Below, one piece after another: positions 42,440-64,000 of a stretch of DNA of 64,000 nucleotides. Source of the DNA: Amoebidium appalachense (taxonomy: Eukaryota; Protista; Ichthyosporea); assembly GCA_963693365.1 (NCBI GenBank), contig CAVNZM010000004.1, positions 13,129,088 through 13,193,087 on the forward strand, read 5' to 3'. A model generated the notes under the pieces. That model did not search any database and was not told where the DNA came from. It was given only the letters and a program-made list of their open reading frames with translations. The translations under genes and the position numbers were made by a program. The number at the start of each line of letters is the position of its first letter. Positions within the stretch are counted from its first letter, which is position 1.

Positions 42440-44337
42440 GTTGTGAGTCGTGTCCCTGCCTCTGTCCCTGCTGAGCCTGCTCCCATCGGCCGGCCAGTGG
42501 GCAGTGCACGTGGTCCCGGAACCCAAGCCTTTGACCTTTATTTGTCAAGGCGTGCTCCACGAAACAGCCAGAGGCCACGAATACTGGAAGGAATTTACGG
42601 GAACACCTACAAATAGCAAAGAAGAAGAGGATGAAGCGGACGCTGATCACCTCATGATCATGATACTGCAGCATGTATAGAAAGATGTCAATCCTGGTAC
42701 AGCCAAGCTGCATCATCAAACTACAGTAAGTGTCGCAGCACGTGACTAAGCCCCAGTTATTTACAAGTGTGTTGTAGGGCTATATTAGCCTCAAATGAAG
42801 TCGAAGCAAGAAGTTGCCAACAACCAAACATACGGATGTTCATCGATACTAAGGGGTGTCTCCTCCTGCCTTAGAGCTCGAGCATAACTCAGCTGTGGCC
42901 ACGTTATATAGCGCGTATGACAGTGCTTCTACTGACTACAGTGTAGCTGCAGGGTGCTACCGCGGAACAATAAGTGCTTAGCGAACTCACGTATTTTCAA
43001 GACTTCATGTTCTTTGGGCCTTTGGCGGTGTGTGACAATGCTCAGCAGCTGCATTATCATAAGCATGCTATGTATGAGGTTTGCAATGGAGGCATGAGTC
43101 CTAAATTAAAAGCTGCATCCGCACAGTTCTATGTGTTTCTATTGTTTCATCTTTTTTCATCTTTTTTACTTCGTTACTTCGCCTTTCGCCATCGCTGAAC
43201 TCGAGGCTTCCCTGCAGCCTACATGTACAGTGCAATACATAAGCCTCAAGTCACAACATGTGTACACCCGAGGTTCGCTGGCTAGTGAAACATCTGTAGG
43301 CATGTAGTAAAAATCGCTGATATGATTGGTGACTCTGATAAAACAGAGTCACTTCATGCCATTTTGTTGTCGAGCTAAACGCCTGTGTCAGTTTAACAAT
43401 AGTTAGTACAGTGCTATAAAGTTTAATATTTTATATTCTCGAGTTTGTGTAAATTCTCTCTTTTAGAGTCATACATCCTTGTGCCTCACAGAATAATATG
43501 ATGTCGTTTCGGTGTGTGGAACAAAATGCGTACCTACCAAGGCCTTGTATTTTTTGTAATGTTTTGTATACTCGTATACTTGCACATATTAGCCAAATAT
43601 CAGTCCCAACTAAAGTGATAGTTTAATGTATGTAGGTTAGATGGAGCGTGTCCAAACATAGACGACAGCCCAGCCTAGCTACTGCACTCACATACGTATA
43701 CAGGAAGTAGGGATCCGTCAGACCTCACTTCAGATTCGAGGAGCCAGACACCAAATCACTGTGCACATAATAGTGAGTACATCTAGAGTGTTTCCATTGA
43801 GGAAGTGCAAATAGCACGATCACACTAAGTGGGCAATTGGCAGCTAATCGTCATGGGGTGGCTTAAAGCTACCCACGCTTGCCTGGTGGCTGCCATACTC
43901 ACAACGGCAACTGCTCAGAGTAAGTGACGATGAAATTGCTGATGTGGTTCTGATGTTTGACAGCGGAAGAGGAAAGGGCAGGGTAAAGGGGGAGAAGGAG
44001 GAGGAGGGAGGAGAGCGGGCCGGGGGAGTGGGGTTAGGGAGGAGGGAGGTTGCGTCAGGTGGTCAGATAAAAGCTCGTGGTCTGGTTGGTGTCAGCCGAA
44101 GGTTTCCATGCCTACGGCCATAGTAGGCGGTCGACATCTTGTGTTTGTGTCCGTGTCCGTATGTGCTCCATGGGCATTATTTGCGTGAGTTCCTGAGAGC
44201 ATGCAAGCACTCTGTAAAGAAAAGGTGAACTCGGACTTTTCTTGAAGGGTTACCATCATAATCCTTCCACCGTGCTTTCCATCGTTCTATGTTGAACTTT
44301 TTTCGTTCTTTCTGTTTCTAACTTCACCACATCACAG

Positions 44338-54488
<10,151 letters not shown>

Positions 54489-55890
54489 GGGGGCGGGTTG
54501 TGTCCCTAGAGGTGGGTAGGGGTGCTGCGATAAATCATAGTATAGCGGCCTGTATATTATTCTTGAGTTGAATTAGTCTTAGCTTTTTGGGTGCCTGCAG
54601 GGGAGGGGGGGGGGGGGTTAGAGGTTGGCGAGTTTTTCATGTTTAGTTGCTCCCCTGATACCCAGCATTTTTTCATTGGTCGGGAAATTTAGCCTAGCAT
54701 GCTAATTTAATGTGACTTGTTAATAACGTAACAGGGCACTTGCCCATGCAAGTGATATTCATTATAGTTCAAGTGATTAGATGGTGCTGTTTGGCAATGT
54801 TTCTAGCACACGTTTCATTGTGGGTAGCATAACTATGTCGCTATGTACAACGGGACCATCATATGTCATAGTATGGGAAATGTAATCATAAGATGGGAAT
54901 ATATACATGTACATACTTAATGGTAGATCGTGTTTCTGTCACGTGGAGAGGGAGGGAGGCAAAGAGTCATCGTTCATCCATACATGAAGGTTTTGCCTTT
55001 TAGAGCCATGTTATTTATCCCCTTACATAGTCATGATATTTGTTCCCCAGATTCTAGCCAGCCTAATCGTATATTAATGTTCGTGTATCAGCAGCTATAT
55101 GTGGCAGCAATTTTCTACATATTTAGAACACCACAAACGTTTCTTCTTGGCAAGTGGGTCTTCGACTACTTCCCAGGGCAATTGGTGACTCAAACTGTAT
55201 TCAGATGTCGACCCTCGAAAAGTTTTGTACACGTGTCAATAAAATTTAATGCTGGGAAGGTGTTCGATGAAAAAGATGCTTTACGGCACATGGAGTCGAC
55301 TCTCCAGCATGTGATCACCCACGGACTCGGAGTCCCGTGCCCCAGGAAAAAAAAAAAAGGAAGAGCCACATCAGCAACCTTGGTGGCAAACAGGTCTGGA
55401 GTGTTGCATACAAGGGGGCCGCCGCTTTCGAGACTACTGCATGTTGCTTTTGTAACTGAGGTCCGTGTAGGTCTACGGTCTGTATGATATCGATACGGAC
55501 GACATCACCATCTACTAGGCTCCACTTTCACGGTTATACCCCCCCCCCCTCCTCCTTCTCCTCACCAACCACCACCACCACGGTGACCACCACGACCACC
55601 ACCAACAACAGAAAAGGGAAGAAAAAAAAGGTTAAGCTTAAATAGAAACCTCTACCTTCTTTCCCTTCGTTGGGTCATGGACCACCTGCTGCAGTACTAG
55701 TACGTGTGTGTGTGTGTGTGTGTGTTTGTTTGTGCATCTATGTGTGTTACAAAAAACGGCCGAGGTGTGTATACATGTGCGTGTGCATGTGTGTGCGTGG
55801 GGGGGGGGGGGGGGGGGGGGGGGGGGGTGACTGTGTGTGCGCGTGCGCGCGCACATGTGTGTGTGTGACTCTGCGTGTGCGTGTGCGCGT

Positions 55891-56629
55891 GTGTATCAGT
55901 ATTTATTGTGTGTGGAATATTCTCCTGGGGGAAACGGCCATAATCAACGTGGTGCATCATCAAAGGAAGATTATATCAAAAGAGGGGAGGGGGGGTTAGC
56001 TTTTCGTCTCTCTTTCAATTGAATTTCACGGAGGATGGGGTGTATCAGTATTTATTGTGTGTGGAATTCTCCTGGGGGAAACGGCCATAATCAACGTGGT
56101 GCATCATCAAAGGAAGATTATATCAAAAGAGGGGAGGGGGGGGTTAGCTTTTCGTCTCTCTTTCAATTGAATTTCACGGAGGATGGGGTGTATCAGTATT
56201 TATTGTGTGTGGAATTCTCCTGGGGGAAACGGCCATAATCAACGTGGTGCATCATCAAAGGAAGATTATATCAAAAGAGGGGAGGGGGGGGTTAGCTTTT
56301 CGTCTCTCTTTCAATTGAATTTCACGGAGGATGGGGTGTATCAGTATTTATTGTGTGTGGAATTCTCCTGGGGGAAACGGCCATAATCAACGTGGTGCAT
56401 CATCAAAGGAAGATTATATCAAAAGAGGGGAGGGGGGTTAGCTTTTCGTCTCTCTTTCAATTGAATTTCACGGAGGATGGGGTGTATCAGTATTTATTGT
56501 GTGTGGAATTCTCCTGGGGGAAACGGCCATAATCAACGTGGTGCATCATCAAAGGAAGATTATATCAAAAGAGGGGAGGGGGGGGTTAGCTTTTCGTCTC
56601 TCTTTCAATTGAATTTCACGGAGGATGGG
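55891..56629. repeat. Tandem array, 5 x ~148 bp, near-identical units
   Basis: Units GTGTATCAGTATTTATTGTGTGTGGAATTCTCC...GAGGATGGG start at ~55891, 56040, 56188, 56336 and 56482. Confidence 0.97.
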
Positions 56630-57434
56630 CAGGTGGATCCGTTTAAATTTAGCATGGTACAAGTCTGCATACCCGGTCGTGGCGCATGCAGTGTATATAT
56701 GCGCAAGAACGTAAATACCTACTGTATGTGTGTGTGTTTGGTTGGTTGGTTAGCTGGCCCAGGAAGAGGGAGGGAGGAGGGGGGGGGGGGGGGGGGGGGG
56801 GGGCTGCCTATACACACTGCAGTGCGGGCAGACGGAGTATGATTTAGAATGAAGAGCAAAGTTTAAAGCCGGCCAATCCGAACACCGTGACTATAGCTAC
56901 CGCAATGGTACGTAGGGAATGGTTCTTGGCTGCCTTCACACCTCTGCAGGGCTTCTTGGCAGCCGGCGGTGCCAATCTGAGCTGGCATTGGCCAGTGTCA
57001 ACGCATTTAAGGTGATTGCTGGGGTGTGCAAGTTGAACGTACGTACACACTGCCACATGATGATTTGCATAGTTTATTCGTGTGGGCAAGCATACCGAGT
57101 AACTGTCCGATTCAGCGTGCAATGGACCCGTGCATCCACCAACATCACGATGTGTAGCATAATACGTACGGAATATATATCCTTGCCAATAGGCAACTAT
57201 ACCCAACGGGCAGTCAGGCCTGCTGCCGCCCACTTCAGTACCGGAAGAAATACAGGAAAACCAACGTGCATTATACAGTAATAGCGTATAAGAATAATCT
57301 CAGTCCATACATGCCCCTGAATAAAATATCGTCTCTCGGGAAACCCTCGAGGAATGAGAAAAACCACATATATGAAATCCATTCTGCCATATCCTATATG
57401 TACGTAATGCCTCTTCCGAACGTATCTTCAAAGT

Positions 57435-57896
57435 TCACTTCTTTGCTGCGGCAAAGAGGTTCTTGATTTCCATCAGCGCCCACATGATGTCCTCAGCAAA
57501 CCGGTCAGAGTCTGGGCGTGGGAGAGATCATGTGAGCATGCATAACACAAAAGCTATCGGTGTGGGTAGACACAGTTACGGTGTATGAATGGGTGTTTGT
57601 GCCGCAAAAACAGTGTATCATGGGCATTATATATCTCGTGAGGTTATCATCCACTAAGCAGAAAATTACCCCCACCGAGGACTGCACAGTCAATCCCCCC
57701 CCCCCCTTGATGCGCACCACGTTGGAAAACTACTTCACACACTGCGGAGTGATTTCAACACACGACAACGCATTCAGGTCTTGCCCCCCCCCCCCTCCCT
57801 CCCCCCCCCCCCCCCTCCTCCCCCCCACCCCCCCACACACACCCCGAGCAACCGTGGCAAGGAAAGCCCAAGGTGCAAGGGTATATCATAGTGCGC

Positions 57897-57945
<49 letters not shown>

Positions 57946-59839
57946 GGAGAGGGGGGGTGGGTGGGTGGGTGGGTGGGTGGGGTGGGGTGAGGTGGGGTGG
58001 GGGGGGGTGGGGAAGGGGGGGGATATGTGAGGATGCTTCACATGGGATAAAGCTCAAAGATACTAAACAACCAAAAAGCCAGCACACAGCCAAACTGGCC
58101 CACACAGTAAGGAGGGGGAGGGGGGGGGGGGGGGGGGGGGGGGGGAGAATGTTTGCATACCGGTTGTGGGGCATGAGCGTTTCGAGGACACGTGGAAGAA
58201 CACACAGTGCTCCAGCACCATGTACGACACCCCGTACCTGCAGCCAGGCACACGGATCAGAACAAATCCCATCCCTCTGCCCTTCAACGGGCCCATCATA
58301 GAGATACGTGAGGATTGGGCCTAAACCCAGGCAGCTGCAGGGGAGGACAGACAGGGAGCAGATGTGTGGTGTGGATTTGAACTAATTCTCATATGTACAC
58401 AGTGGATATGCACGAACTCTGCACCACAACACCATTTCACCACCACTCTTTTTTATCGCACAGGTATAACTTAAAATGCACACACGAGCATGCAAGCGAA
58501 AGGTGTGTGTGTGTGTGTGTGTGTGTGCACATGTGCATGCCTGGCATTTGCACGTACCCATCGTCAGCCACGGGCCCAAATCCACCACCAGGGGCATAGA
58601 AGTTCTTGTACTTGCCGTAGGTGGCCTCCCACAGGCGTGTCTGCTGCTGCGGCTATTAAAGGAAATAATGGTCAGAAACACATGCTGCACTACTACTGGT
58701 GGAATGTTACAGGGGGTGCTCGGTTCTTCTTCTAAAGCGCGGCCAAAGGGGAAAAACATGGGATGGGGAAATCTATCTAAGATGACCCTCCTGAGAACAA
58801 ACGCGGCAGAGCACAGAGATGCACAATGTGCAATACAAGGTAACGCCGCACACACAGATCCATGTCCTGTGAGCACGAATAGAATCCATACCGTCTGGCT
58901 GGTGGAGAGGCGCCAGGGCTCACTGAGTGCAGCCTTGAGGAAGTCAGACTCCACCCCCAGGCCCCGCGAGCAGATGTACAGCGCAAACAGGTGCCGGTCA
59001 ACCCCTGGCCGCATGAAGTCAGTGATAGGTTTCACAGGCGGCCACAGCTTCACGGCATGGACCAAGGGAGCATCGTGAACTGTGCACAGAAGGGGATGAA
59101 ACACCACACAGATGTGGATACAACACACCGAAGGCACGGCTTGATGTAAAAAACCGGGATGAGATGGGGGAAGAGAGGGGGGGGGGGGGGGGGGGGAGGG
59201 ACTGGGAGAGGAAGGGGGGGGGGGGGGGGAGGGGGGGGGGAGGGGGGAGGAAGAGGGAGAGATAGCGAGAGAGGGGTTAGGACCTACCTTTGCCGGACAT
59301 GGCCTCACGGTAGGTGTTCTGATGCTTGTCGCAGGCCTCCTTGAACAGACGGATCCTCTCGTCCACCTACCACATGCACACAGCAGTGAGATACACTCAC
59401 GAGCCAACATTCCACTACATGCTTACAACCGGAACTAAGACTTGTGTGGTTGGCGTTCCAATTGAGCAGTGGGTTGTGTCCAAAAAGAGCAATGGTTAGT
59501 GTCTCCCCAACTACGCAAAAGTTTGTGTGTCCACAATTAGGCACTGGTGTGTGCCAGCCCAAGTGCAACAAAATAATATGATCTCTCTAATCATATTCAT
59601 CCAACTTCAACAACATCTCAGCAACACCCAAACAACCAAACGCCAACCCAGATCCACCACATCATGCAACACACCATCCACACATTAGAGAATTTGGTGA
59701 AAGAAGGGAGACACGTACGCTCACAGACTCGTCAAACATGGACATGACAAAATCAACACTCTGGGTCGAGGCAGACCGCACAGTTTCCGTGCGGCCAAGC
59801 TGGTAGAGGCGCGTCATGGAGGACTCGTAGGTCAGCGGG

Positions 59840-59922
<83 letters not shown>

Positions 59923-60509
59923 TCGAGCCAGGCAGGAAATCAAATAAGAAGGATAAAGGTCAGTCAGAATTACGATTGAGCAAACGAAGCCATTACCTTG
60001 GCCGGAAGAAAACGCTTCGGAACCTTATCTACCTACACCTTAGAGTTGGGCTTTCAAACTGTGCAAGCACGGAGAGGATATTGGGGCCGGGGGGGGGGGG
60101 GGGGGGGGGGAGGGGGGGGCACTGGTTTTCTATAAGAACCACCTATTTGACAAAAACAATATCCAGGAAAAATCCGTTTATAGTTGTCTTTCTTTCTTTC
60201 TTTCTTTTCTTTTTTTCTTTTTGCCCATTTATTGGGGTGGGGTGGGGGGGGGGGGGGGGAGGGGAGAGGGGGGAAGATTGGAGAAGAGATGCAGGACACA
60301 TGACCGCACGGGGGAACGCACAAACTTGTTGCCCTTGTAGAAGGCCAGCTGCAGGGCCATCTGCACACAGCCATCAGGGGACACCTTGAAGGTCTTGATC
60401 AGCTCCTTGCCGTACTCCTCAAACGGCACCACACGCAGGTCTGTGCGCCCACATGTCAGCCCCTGCCACAGCCACACACAACATATCCCCACCCAATACA
60501 TAATCACCT

Positions 60510-60542
<33 letters not shown>

Positions 60543-60832
60543 TGAGGGGACATTAAAGATAATAATTGAAACAAAAGTCTTCCTCTTTTGGGCTACTTCA
60601 ATCGTAACCTTGCAACCGTGTTCAAGTTGAGCTAAAATATTGCATAGTCCACACATGCATGCTGGCGCACGGTTACAGCCAGCATGAAACTACACAAAGT
60701 AACAGCGAAAGGAGAGAGGATGTCGGTCGGGTGGGGTGCCACTAGGTGGTGTTGGTTATTTTTTATTTTTATTTCATTTTTATTTCATTTTTATTTTTAT
60801 TTTTATTTTTAATTTATTATTTTTTTATTTTT

Positions 60833-60872
<40 letters not shown>

Positions 60873-60959
60873 AAAGAGAGAGAACCACAGTATGTGTGTG
60901 TGCGAGTGAGTGTGCGAGCAAGTAAATGTGTATGTGAGTCTGTCTATGTTGTGTGTCAG

Positions 60960-60990
<31 letters not shown>

Positions 60991-61548
60991 GGGGGGGATG
61001 GGTGGGGGGGGGGGGAGGGGATAACGTACGCAGGTTGTCGATGAGGAGCTGGTTGGCCAGAATGGCCTCCTCAACAGCCGCCTTGGCCTGTGGCAGAGGA
61101 GATTATCATCAGCCTACGGCAAAAGCAGGACCATTTTAGTGACCTTGTGGAAGAGGATATTTGTATCGAAACAGGCCAATCTATCGTGACCGTGTAGTAC
61201 AGTAATCTCTGTCTGATGATAGGCCCCATGGTGGGGATCACTTACCATACATCACACCGGTCATTGAATCTAGTGTCCACAATGAGTGTATTGATGCCCC
61301 TTCTGTCTGGCTGAGAAAACTCGGAATGCATTAGGGGAGGTGCATGCACGTGTGCCTCTGTGTATGTGTGCGTGTGTGTGAGTGCACGTACGGGCTGGCT
61401 GAAGCTCCACACGAGGCACAGGGGCTGGGACAGGGCTCTGCGCTTGGCTCCCAGGGGCACCACACAGCGGCCCTTGCTGTCATACGATCCCTCCACATTC
61501 TCTGCACCAAAAAGGCCACATCAGACTTCTGCCCACCTTTCATATATT

Positions 61549-61588
<40 letters not shown>

Positions 61589-63922
61589 ACACACCCCCTC
61601 TTCCCGCAACAACAACAACAACAACAATTACCAAAAAAAAAAACAAAAAAAAAAAAAACAAAAAAAAAACGCCCCAATCCTCAAATTCCATTTTCTTGCA
61701 ATCACGACCACTTTTCGTTAGTTGGCTATTAAAGTTGGTCGCCAAGGCTCTTACTAAGTCTCCTCCCTACAACGGCCACCAATTTTCCTACTTTTTTTTT
61801 ATAGGTTTATTACTGCCCTTGTTTCCCTCCACGAATCCACACCATTTCTCCTCATGCCCTGAACCCCGCCTGTGTGTTCGTGTGTGCTGTGTTTACTCAC
61901 CGACAAACATGGTGGTCTCCCACATGTGGCCAATGACAGGCGCATCTGCCCAGGCATGCTCGCAGTTCAACCCGGCCTGCGGCAACCACACATTAGAGAG
62001 AGGAAAAAGTGGAATTTAGATAAGGGGGGTTGAAGGAGGGCAGCTAGAACTCAAAATGGGATTATGCATGTACAGCAAAGACATCGGGTAAAAAGGTGAA
62101 CGTTAGTTTTCATTAAGCGAAAAGAAGATGCAACCAAAACAAGGTAAGTGATATCACATCACAGATGTAGGATACTCTTCGTGGACATCATGGACGTCAG
62201 CGAAGTCCTTCTTGTAATATGCACATATCAGCACGAAGTTTCCTTGAGTTACACTACGACGGGAAGACGGAAATTAAGAAGGATGATAAAGTGGGGGGAG
62301 GGTGTTGACCCATCAAGAAAGCACATTTATAGCGCTGGTGTATGGTTCCCAAATACAGTACCTTGCCGTTTGCGTAGACAATGAGGTTGAATGACTTGTC
62401 AAACCAACGGTCGAAGCCCTTGCCGTGCAGCGACAGCTTGCCGTGCTCCGTCAATGTGTCGGGGGCCTCCGAGTCCAGCACCAGTACAAACATGGCCTTC
62501 TCGATCAGCTGCAAAGGATTGGAGGATACGTGTCAGCGCACAGTCCAGCTCCTGGCGCCCGCAATATGATCATAAAAATGTTTTCTCCACACATTCCTTA
62601 ACAGGCTAACTTTACTGTTTTAGCCTTGCCTCAAAGAGCTTCAAATCGATACAGTATCCACACCCAGCATCTCAGTTGCTTAACAAGTGTTGCAACAGAC
62701 ACAATCTACATAATAAGTTCAAAGCCCTCCGAGGCCGGGACCATCCTTCGAAACGACCGGCAGACTGACGAAACGGTGATCGATCAAAAACTACGGACAT
62801 CTGCAAACAGTGCGATCGAATGTGAAAGGAACGTTGGTGATTTAGGGGCTTGCAGGAGACCACAGACAGGCGGAAGTCCGAACAACAGACGTGAACAGAA
62901 GACCGAACAAAAGACACGAACAAGGGAGAAAAAAAGAAAAGAACGACGAAAAGTTTCTACAGACACCTACAACAGTGTGATCGAAAGGTGAAGGAAACCT
63001 TAATGAGAGGGGAGCTTTGCAGGAAACTACAGACAGGAAGAAGTACGAACTATAGACGCAAACAAGAAAGAAAGTGGGTTCGAACCCCACTTTCATCATT
63101 TTTTTCTTTTCTTTTCATAACGACCGACGGACCGAGCAAAACGGTGATCGATCAATAACTACAGACACCTGCAAACAGTGTGATTGAAGTGCGATGGAAG
63201 CCTTTAGCCTATCAGGTGCTTGAAGGAAATAGGAAGAAGTAAAAACAAACGGCGCAAACAAAAAAAAAAAAAAAAAAAGAAGAAATGATGAGAGTGGGGT
63301 TCGAACCCACGCCCCCGAAGAGACTGGTGCCTAAAACCAGCGCCTTAGACCACTCGGCCATCTCACCGTTGTGATAGGTCGAGCCCCGCGTGCTAATCAT
63401 GGAAACCCACGCTTCCTAAAAGGCAGGTGCCTAAAACCAGCACCTTCATGAGAGCACTGAAGTACCTGCACTCGGATGACCAAGCCACTGGGGGACTGGG
63501 GTTACGGCAAAAAAGTGCAGCGGGCCGTACAAGTTCATTTCGCGATCAGTGCCATATTGTCACCAATCATGACTCCCATGTCATCCGACCGCAATCATGA
63601 CAGCTTCCCATCATGGGGCCTGGGGCCCGCCTTGCCTCCCGGCGTCCGGCAATGCGTGCACACACCAGCAAGAAATGCCCGCCGGCTTAGTCCGTAAGGC
63701 ATCAAATGATCATGAAAAGGGAGATGAGGGGAGGAGGGAGGAAGGGTTTGGGGAAAGTCAAAGACACGCACCTCGAGGGACTGGCGGTTGACGCCGTGGC
63801 TGAAGAAGACCTCCCGTGCCTCGGCCCACTTGTCTCGGTCCAAGCCCGTCAGTGCCGCCACCTGCTGCTCCGTGGCCGACGGCTCCTTGGTGCTGGCCTC
63901 CTCCGCGATCCGCTCAAGCTGC
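57435..63922 (-). CDS. CPT1: Carnitine O-palmitoyltransferase 1-like carnitine acyltransferase, 5'-partial (continues beyond the window)
   Basis: Exons encode [16 protein letters not shown] (63772-63922), [12 protein letters not shown] (~62362-62509), [13 protein letters not shown] (catalytic HxxxD, ~61900-61978), [55 protein letters not shown]...[21 protein letters not shown]|YGVSY and [20 protein letters not shown]...* (stop 57435). Confidence 0.93.
62755..63260. repeat. Three diverged ~170-190 bp repeats downstream of the tRNA
   Basis: CTACRGACAYCTRCAAACAGTGYGATYGAA recurs at ~62791, 62957 and 63159, each followed by an AGG(A/C)...GAAGT...GACG-type segment. Confidence 0.7.
63286..63367 (-). 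tRNA. trnL(UAG): tRNA-Leu (anticodon TAG), intronic in the CPT1-like gene
   Basis: GGTGAGATGGCCGAGTGGTCTAAGGCGCTGGTTTTAGGCACCAGTCTCTTCGGGGGCGTGGGTTCGAACCCCACTCTCATCA: acceptor stem, A and B boxes, long variable arm, downstream oligo(T). Confidence 0.95.
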
Positions 63923-64000
63923 CTGCACACGTCGACTGAATGTCAGGAATATTGGCACTTGGTAAGGAGGGCTCAGAGGTTCGGATCCAATCAATATTTT

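Noticed and set aside
42450-42680. 76-aa ORF in the INSIG/RTK intergenic region
   Set aside because: No ATG start, no recognisable motif and no convincing splice link to the RTK.
44108-44184. Alternative RTK signal-peptide exon MPTAIVGGRHLVFVSVSVCAPWALFA
   Set aside because: It ends in phase 2, while the 44338 exon needs phase 1; it would require an unseen exon.
56040-56187. Hammerhead in the 148-bp unit (TTGATGA and GAAA on the minus strand)
   Set aside because: No stem II links the motifs, and the required U16.1-H17 is missing after the TTCAATTGAA palindrome.
55891-56629. 148-bp and 75-bp arrays as CRISPR-like arrays
   Set aside because: Units are wholly repeated with no unique spacers; no cas genes; eukaryotic context.

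Overview
Eukaryotic, intron-rich, microsatellite- and poly(G/C)-laden DNA. An HRDLAARN receptor tyrosine kinase, INSIG, golgin-84 and U12 introns point to a holozoan, plausibly a unicellular animal relative (inference). Six spliced protein genes could be reconstructed by hand: 14-3-3 (+), golgin-84/GOLGA5 (-), WDFY1/2-like (+), INSIG (-), a receptor tyrosine kinase (+) and a 5'-partial CPT1-like carnitine acyltransferase (-) with an intronic tRNA-Leu(TAG). The most unusual signals are: (1) an RTK whose ~400-aa ectodomain is a hexapeptide-repeat left-handed beta-helix, with a tail of tandem Tyr motifs; (2) a family of about 10 short retroposon-like copies with a fixed 3' end in poly(C)/poly(G) tracts, variable 5' truncation and a covarying pseudoknotted RNA core with hammerhead-like motifs; (3) a young 2.8-kb direct-repeat element and two tandem arrays anchored on (CA)n; (4) two U12 introns (AT-AC and GT-AG) and two GC-AG introns. 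Exon coordinates were read manually and may be off by a few nt. No database searches were run.
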